Assembly: GCA_963678065.2 (NCBI GenBank)
Contig: CAXXVZ010000005.1
Span: 1-64,000 of the forward strand
Direction: 5' to 3'
From: Treponemataceae bacterium
GTDB lineage: Bacteria; Spirochaetota; Spirochaetia; Treponematales; Rectinemataceae
Length of the DNA stretch: 64,000 nucleotides
Shown: positions 56,511 to 64,000 of the stretch, in pieces
Layout: each line of letters opens with the position of its first letter
Position numbering within the stretch: position 1 is the first letter of the stretch
Translations under genes and position numbers: made by a program
Notes under the pieces: model-generated
Seen by the model: the letters and a program-made list of their open reading frames with translations, nothing else
What the model was told of the DNA's origin: nothing
Databases searched by the model: none

Positions 56511-56690
56511 CTTTTTATAGAAGGAAATACATCAATATTCAAGACCTCGGATATTGTCGCTGCCCCGCGCCTTTGTCCGGGAACTCTCGCCAAGAGGCGC
56601 GCCCCTAGCCTCGCCCGCGGGCCTCGCCTACGGGCGCCTCCGAAGGACGGCGGTTGATGATAGGGTCCGTTTTCGTATACATTAAAGCAA

Positions 56691-58715
<2,025 letters not shown>

Positions 58716-58789
58716 GTGCAAAGCCGGACGACTTCTCCGGCCCGTCTTCGTCCTCCTTTGCCCGCACCGATCCGCACAGAGCGCGTTCC

Positions 58790-58818
58790 CGCCACCCGGC
58801 CGGAGGGCGCTTTTTTTT
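58790..58818 (+). terminator. Possible intrinsic terminator after fusA
   Basis: Imperfect GC-rich stem followed by T8. Confidence 0.4.
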
Positions 58819-58914
58819 GCGAAAACACCGTATCAGGCTCAATCGCCGCGGGCTCTTTTCTGCGTATTCCTTCCGTGCGGGCGGCGAGGCCGCGGGCACA
58901 AGGGAGGACGCGCG

Positions 58915-59544
58915 ATGTCGCATGTGGTTCTTGCCCTCCTCATGCTGTTTTCCGACATGGACAACAGGGAGGACATGAAATTCGCCTTCTCGGCTGAACA
59001 GGGTGCCGATCTTTCCTGCGGGTTTTCGACACTTGTCACCTTCCTCGCGGGATACTGGGCCGAGCCGTCTTCGGAAGAGTACCTTATCGGAAAATACGGC
59101 GGAGGCGGGACTGTCTCCGTGAGGGATCTCCTCGCCGTTCTCGCTGGCGAAGGCTTCGCCGCGCGTGCGTATCGGATGGATTTCGGACAACTCGCGAGGG
59201 CAGCCTCGTCGAACGCGCCCCTCCTCGTGCATTACGACAGGCCGGAGGGGCATTTCGCTCTCCTCCTCGATGTGGCGGGGGATCTCGTCGTGACTTCGGA
59301 CCCCGCTCTCGGGACAGTCATCTCGGAAAAATGGGATTTCCTCGGGTATTGGAGCGGCGCGGCGATAGTGGCCAAGCCTCTGTCGGCCCTTTCCCGGTCC
59401 GCGCCGAAGGCTGATCAGGCCGGCACCGCAGGGCTGAGGGCCGATCCCGTCCTTCTCTCCTTCGCAGTGGCTTCCGCCCGCGACAGACTGCACGGGCTCG
59501 ACGATGCGTCGGCCATGGACAGGCTGGCCTGGAGGTCGAGATGA
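58915..59544 (+). CDS. Stand-alone C39-family cysteine peptidase-like protein
   Basis: Q.ADLSCG, PLLVH.....HFALL, DPALG, F...WSG. Short hydrophobic N-terminus. Confidence 0.8.
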   Translation: MSHVVLALLMLFSDMDNREDMKFAFSAEQGADLSCGFSTLVTFLAGYWAEPSSEEYLIGKYGGGGTVSVRDLLAVLAGEGFAARAYRMDFGQLARAASSNAPLLVHYDRPEGHFALLLDVAGDLVVTSDPALGTVISEKWDFLGYWSGAAIVAKPLSALSRSAPKADQAGTAGLRADPVLLSFAVASARDRLHGLDDASAMDRLAWRSR

Positions 59545-60425
59545 GCCGCCGGCACGCAAAACCGCCCGCGGGCACGGACAAGCCGTTTTCACGCTCAATC
59601 CTTCTGACCATGGCACTCTTCATCGCCGGAGGAACTGCCCTCTGTGCCCAGACATCGGGGCATGAACGCGTGGGTGTGAGGGTTTTCCGGAACTGCGAGC
59701 TCACGGTCTCGGCCGGACTCGACGCAACCGCGGTCGCGACAGCGCGCGGAAGGGGGATCAGTCTCTCGACCTCCCTCGCTGCCGAATTCCTGTTTTCCGG
59801 AACCTGGAATCTCTGCGCGACCCTCCCCTATTCGGTCCTCGTCGTTCCCGGACGCGAGAGCAGGTTTCCCCTCACAAGTGCGCCGGGAGACCCCGAAATC
59901 AGCCTGGGCTTCACGTCGAGGCTGGATCGATGGCGCCTGGGAACCGATCTCTCATGGTCGCGCCCCCTGGGAATATCCGACCCGGTCAGGGGCGATATCC
60001 TCGGTTTTTCTTCCGGTTCGGGCTCGGACAGCTTCACTGTCCTGTTTCGGGCAAACCGCTTCCTCGATCCTCTCTCCTTCGGCTCCACGCTCACCCTCTC
60101 ATACAGGATGCCCCGGAGGGATGGGCCCACAGCGGCCGAAGGTTCCCTCCTCGTCAAGGCCGGAGTGAGCGTAACCGAGGCTCTCAACCGGAATGCGCTC
60201 CTCGGATTGTCCCTGACACAGTCTTTCTCGGCCGGAACCGACGCCAAAGGAATTCCGGACGGAAAAGGCTTCCGGTATGGCGCGACCGGAGGCGCAAGCC
60301 TGACCTTGAGCGATGGGCGCTACTCCCTCCGGATCGGTGGATCAATGAATATCGCCAATCCGTCCTCATCGGGATCTGTCTACGTGATTGTATCCCGCAC
60401 GATCGCTCTCGGGAGGAAAGCATGA
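59541..60425 (+). CDS. Exported, probable beta-barrel transporter-like protein
   Basis: Signal peptide, alternating strands, LPY...GDPEISL..PLG..SGSG..LDPL pattern. ATGA overlap with the C39 gene. Confidence 0.55.
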   Translation: MSRRHAKPPAGTDKPFSRSILLTMALFIAGGTALCAQTSGHERVGVRVFRNCELTVSAGLDATAVATARGRGISLSTSLAAEFLFSGTWNLCATLPYSVLVVPGRESRFPLTSAPGDPEISLGFTSRLDRWRLGTDLSWSRPLGISDPVRGDILGFSSGSGSDSFTVLFRANRFLDPLSFGSTLTLSYRMPRRDGPTAAEGSLLVKAGVSVTEALNRNALLGLSLTQSFSAGTDAKGIPDGKGFRYGATGGASLTLSDGRYSLRIGGSMNIANPSSSGSVYVIVSRTIALGRKA

Positions 60426-60805
60426 TGAAAATCAGGTCGATACCAGTGTTTCTGTTGCTGGCCGCGCAGGCTGCGGTGCTCTTGGCTTCCTGCGTCCCGG
60501 ATTCAGGGCAATGGTTCCCGTCCGGGAAAGCAGAGATCGTCAATTTCTGCGAAAAGGAAGACGGGGAGACGAAATCCGCGACGGCGACAATCAGGATTGC
60601 CAATACAGGGCAGGCCGTAATCCGCTCGAGCACTGTTTCGGCCTCTCTCGGGACCGAAAGCAGGCGGTATTACCGGACAGTCACCGACGCGAGAGCCATA
60701 CTCCCGGGCGGTTTGATTTTCATCGATGTAGAGTTCATCTACGACTCCGCCTCGGAAAAGGCAGAAGAAGGAGGAACGAGGCTGGAAAGTTCGTTCTACG
60801 AATGA
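60422..60805 (+). CDS. Small lipoprotein, hypothetical
   Basis: MMKIRSIPVFLLLAAQAAVLLASC lipobox. GGAGG RBS and ATGA overlap. Confidence 0.7.
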   Translation: MMKIRSIPVFLLLAAQAAVLLASCVPDSGQWFPSGKAEIVNFCEKEDGETKSATATIRIANTGQAVIRSSTVSASLGTESRRYYRTVTDARAILPGGLIFIDVEFIYDSASEKAEEGGTRLESSFYE

Positions 60806-60822
60806 AGCCGGAAACGAAGGCC

Positions 60823-61407
60823 TCAGAAGCAGGACAAGGTGAAGACGCCGATGAGGGACTCCATCCTCATGAGAGCTTCGGCGGCGGGTCCATCCATCGG
60901 GGTCCTCGTCTGATTCTCGAGCTCCCCGACATACCAGAAGAAGAGTCCGAATTTCGGGTCTATCCTGAACGCGTACAGAATGAAGTCCGAAGCTCTTCCG
61001 GCCGAACCGAAGAGAAGAGTGGCCACCGAGCGGGCGATCGCCACGAAGCGGAGAAAGGCGAGCGAAACCGAGCCCTTCATGAAATCGCGCTCAAAAGCTT
61101 CCAGGTCCGCGAGCAGACGTTCCTTGGGCTTCTCTTCGGTTTTTTCCACCCAGGTCTTGTGGACGAGGAGTTCCACGTTTTCCCGGAAAACCCTGAGGAG
61201 CCGGGCTTCGTTCCGGGCTTGATCCTCGGAAGGTCCGCTTATGTATTGCAAGAATTCGCCCGGATTGCCCATGAGATCGGCAAGCTGGACAGCGATGGTT
61301 GATCGGGTGGATGCCATGGCGTCCACGAGGGCCGGGAGCAGTTTGAAGGCTTGCCTCTCGGTGTCGGTGACGACCTGATCAAGAAGCTCGGATTCAGGCA
61401 TATACAT
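60823..61407 (-). CDS. Hypothetical protein
   Basis: 194-aa ORF with protein-like composition filling the gap between flanking genes. Confidence 0.7.
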   Translation of the reverse strand: MYMPESELLDQVVTDTERQAFKLLPALVDAMASTRSTIAVQLADLMGNPGEFLQYISGPSEDQARNEARLLRVFRENVELLVHKTWVEKTEEKPKERLLADLEAFERDFMKGSVSLAFLRFVAIARSVATLLFGSAGRASDFILYAFRIDPKFGLFFWYVGELENQTRTPMDGPAAEALMRMESLIGVFTLSCF

Positions 61408-61499
61408 AACTCACGATGTCAAGAAACGCCTTTCTTGGTCAAGGGGGCCGGAATGATGATCCTTGCGTAATCGACCCTGTTAAAATACAATGATATTCC

Positions 61500-63809
61500 A
61501 TGAATGATATAAACCTTGTGCCCGAAGAGCATGCGTCATATGATTTCATTCCCGCGCGGCATCTCCATCACGATGAAACGGAGTATCATTTTCGCAACAA
61601 GCAATTGCGCGGCACCGGCAAGGATCCGTCCCTGTACCGCAGACTGAAGACTTTCGAACTCGAGACCCTCGTCAAGAACGAGAACACCTGCGCCGACTGG
61701 TCGATGCTTCTCGTCTCCGACCCCTTCACTCCCGAGCTGATAAAGAACAATACCTTTTCCGGCCTTATCCGCATCGCCATGCTCGAACGCGTCACCCTCG
61801 AGCACCACGACCTCCACATGATGGCCGGCATCACCAATTCACGCGTCATCGCCTGCGACATCGGCGAAAATTGTGCCATCCACGACTGCGCCTACCTCGC
61901 CCACTACATCGTCGGGGACAACTGTCTTCTCCTTCGGAACGATGAGATACATGTCTCCAACCACTCCAAATTCGGGAATGGAATCGTCATGGAGGGCGAG
62001 GACGAAGCTGTCCGCATCCAGATGGATCTCATGAACGAAGCGGGCGGACGGAGCGTCCTTCCCTTCGACGGGATGCTCTCTGCCGACGCCTACCTCTGGG
62101 CCCGATACAGGGACAGACCGGAGCTCATGAATGCCTTCCGGGAGATGACCGAGAACATGTTCGAGCACCGCTTCGGCTCCTACGGCATGATCGGCCGCGC
62201 CTGTGTCCTCAAATCCAACAGGATCATCAAGGATGTCCTCATCGGCGACTCGGCCTACATCAAGGGCACGAACAAACTCAAGAACCTGACAGTCAACTCG
62301 AGCGAAAGAGCCAGGACCCAGATCGGCGAGGGCGTCGAACTCGTCAATGGAATAATCGGGTATGGCTGCCGGATATTCTACGGCTGCAAGGCCGTCCGCT
62401 TCGTGATGGGCGACAATTCGGCCCTCAAATACGGTGCCCGTCTCATCCACTCGGTCCTGGGCGAGAATTCCACCGTTTCCTGCTGCGAACTCCTCAACAA
62501 TCTCATCTTCCCGGCCCACGAGCAGCACCACAACACGAGCTTCCTCATCGCGAGCCTCGTCCGCGGACAGTCGAACATGGCCGCAGGCGCGACGGTCGGA
62601 TCGAATCACAACTCGAGAGCTCCGGACGGGGAAATCGAAGCTGGACGGGGTTTCTGGCCCGGCCTGACGGTATCTCTCAAGCACTCCTCGCGATTCGCCT
62701 CCTTCTGCCTCATAGCCAAGGGGGACTATCGCTTCGAGCTGGACATTCCTCTGCCCTTCTGCCTCGTCGACGATGACCGTGCCCAGGACAGGCTCATCCT
62801 TGTTCCCGCGTACTGGTGGACCCACAACCAGTATGCCCTCATGCGCAATGAATCGAAGTTCCGGACCAGAGACCAGAGATCGGTCAAGCTGCAGGCCTTC
62901 GAGTATTCGCCCTTCGCCCCGGACACTGCGCGGGAGATGGTCGGGGCCATCAGACTGCTCGAGAAGTGGACGGGTATGTCATCGCACCGGGCCGCCGGGA
63001 AGGACTGCGCGGACATGGACGAGGAGGAGCTGATCCTCGCCGGACGGAAAATCCTCGACAGTGAAGGCGACGGGCCCGGATTCGAGGTTCTCGCAGAGGG
63101 CGTCGAAAACTCGCCCCGCCCCGTCGTCGTCGTGAAACCGCGCAGGGCCCGCAATTCCTACTACGAGATGCTCCTCTGGTATGCCGGAAGGGCCATCCTC
63201 GACTACGCGTCCTCGCGCGGGAACGCCGATCCGACATTCACCTCGCTGCAGCGGGACCTCGCCGGCCCCGTCCCTGTCGGGGAAGGCTGCGCGCCTGCCG
63301 TGGGCTCCGATTGCGCAGCCGGCCAGATCTGGGAGAACTTGGGCGGCCAGCTCGTCCCTGTCTCCCGGCTGAACGTTCTCCTCGACATGGCGGAACGCAG
63401 AGAGATACCGACCTGGAAGGAAATGCACGCCGAATACGCGATTCTCTCGTCCCACTACCTGCAGGACAAGGCGCGGCACGCGTGGGAAACACTGAGAGTT
63501 CTTCCGCAGCTCCGGCCTGAGAGCGGGGAAGAAGGGATCGGGGACATGACTGGAGCCCCGGCCCTCGCGCAGGAAGATCTTGTCAGAATCATGCAGACAC
63601 TCTCCTCGCTCACCCGTCGGGTCGAAGTGGAGGTGAAAGCATCGCGGCGCAAGGACTTCCAGAATCGATTCAGGAGAGCGACATTCCGCTCCGAGGCTGA
63701 GATGGCCGCCGTCGTCGGAACCGTGGACGACAACTCCTTCGTCAAGTCGACGAGGACATCGATGGCCGCGATGCGGGAAGAGATAGCCAGGTTTCTGAAA
63801 GCGCTCTGA
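61500..63809 (+). CDS. DUF4954-like protein (left-handed beta-helix-like repeats)
   Basis: Family recognised by eye from NEAGGRSV, QIGEGVELVNG, HEQHHN and GATVGSNHNSR. Confidence 0.7.
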   Translation: MNDINLVPEEHASYDFIPARHLHHDETEYHFRNKQLRGTGKDPSLYRRLKTFELETLVKNENTCADWSMLLVSDPFTPELIKNNTFSGLIRIAMLERVTLEHHDLHMMAGITNSRVIACDIGENCAIHDCAYLAHYIVGDNCLLLRNDEIHVSNHSKFGNGIVMEGEDEAVRIQMDLMNEAGGRSVLPFDGMLSADAYLWARYRDRPELMNAFREMTENMFEHRFGSYGMIGRACVLKSNRIIKDVLIGDSAYIKGTNKLKNLTVNSSERARTQIGEGVELVNGIIGYGCRIFYGCKAVRFVMGDNSALKYGARLIHSVLGENSTVSCCELLNNLIFPAHEQHHNTSFLIASLVRGQSNMAAGATVGSNHNSRAPDGEIEAGRGFWPGLTVSLKHSSRFASFCLIAKGDYRFELDIPLPFCLVDDDRAQDRLILVPAYWWTHNQYALMRNESKFRTRDQRSVKLQAFEYSPFAPDTAREMVGAIRLLEKWTGMSSHRAAGKDCADMDEEELILAGRKILDSEGDGPGFEVLAEGVENSPRPVVVVKPRRARNSYYEMLLWYAGRAILDYASSRGNADPTFTSLQRDLAGPVPVGEGCAPAVGSDCAAGQIWENLGGQLVPVSRLNVLLDMAERREIPTWKEMHAEYAILSSHYLQDKARHAWETLRVLPQLRPESGEEGIGDMTGAPALAQEDLVRIMQTLSSLTRRVEVEVKASRRKDFQNRFRRATFRSEAEMAAVVGTVDDNSFVKSTRTSMAAMREEIARFLKAL

Positions 63810-63857
63810 TCCGGCGGCATTTGCACCTGAACCAGCGGACAGTGTATAAACCACGAC

Positions 63858-64000
63858 ATGGAAGCCGAGAACCCGGACTACCTCGAATCCCAGCTCATCA
63901 CCTGCCTCGGAAACAAACGCGGGCTTCTCGAGTTCATAGGCGAGGGGCTCGAGCGCGTGCACGAGGCGACAGGAAAGGACAGGCTCGTCTGCCACGACGT
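63858..64000 (+). CDS. DNA adenine methyltransferase (D12-class-like), 5' part only
   Basis: Hand translation MEAENPDYLESQLITCLGNKRGLLEFIG...VCHD resembles the (Y)xGNK..LL..I ... D.FSG start of this family. Truncated by the window end. Confidence 0.6.
   Translation, partial: MEAENPDYLESQLITCLGNKRGLLEFIGEGLERVHEATGKDRLVCHD

Overview
GC-rich bacterial chromosomal segment, most likely a free-living spirochaete. This is inferred from the spirochaete-type SSB N-terminus (NSILLEGNLV), a stand-alone EF-G paralogue and a DUF4954-like gene. Contents left to right: (1) a LacI-controlled ADP-ribosylglycohydrolase / ADP-forming acyl-CoA ligase / citryl-CoA-lyase-like operon; (2) an AT-richer peptide-utilisation island (M20 and M28 peptidases, Crp-family regulator, Dpp-type ABC transporter, enolase-superfamily racemase/epimerase); (3) GNAT-anmK; (4) a TetR-MMPL-LolA-like-outer-membrane module; (5) lipA with a split lipoate ligase; (6) a de novo purine operon (purB, purSL, purQ, purC, class II-like purE, purF, purD-purM fusion, purN, purH) followed by guaB; (7) a diguanylate cyclase; (8) a deletion-riddled ytfQRT-yjfF-like sugar ABC operon; (9) xylA, a xylulokinase and AraC; (10) ssb, IclR, a U32 protein, EF-G, a C39 peptidase/barrel/lipoprotein trio, DUF4954 and the start of a DNA adenine methylase. 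The most notable signal is a small palindromic mobile-element family that no ORF explains. Two 132-bp copies (1048-1179, 47170-47301; 126/132 identical) sit in frame inside protein-coding genes, and a 47-bp single-hairpin copy lies at 6159-6205. All three follow TGAT and end in TCAT on the minus strand, and their guide/cleavage tetranucleotides fit the IS200/IS605 (HUH TnpA) base-pairing rule. Many transcription units also look leaderless. No rRNA, tRNA, CRISPR array or transposase gene was seen. All product calls rest on motif recognition by eye, not on database searches.
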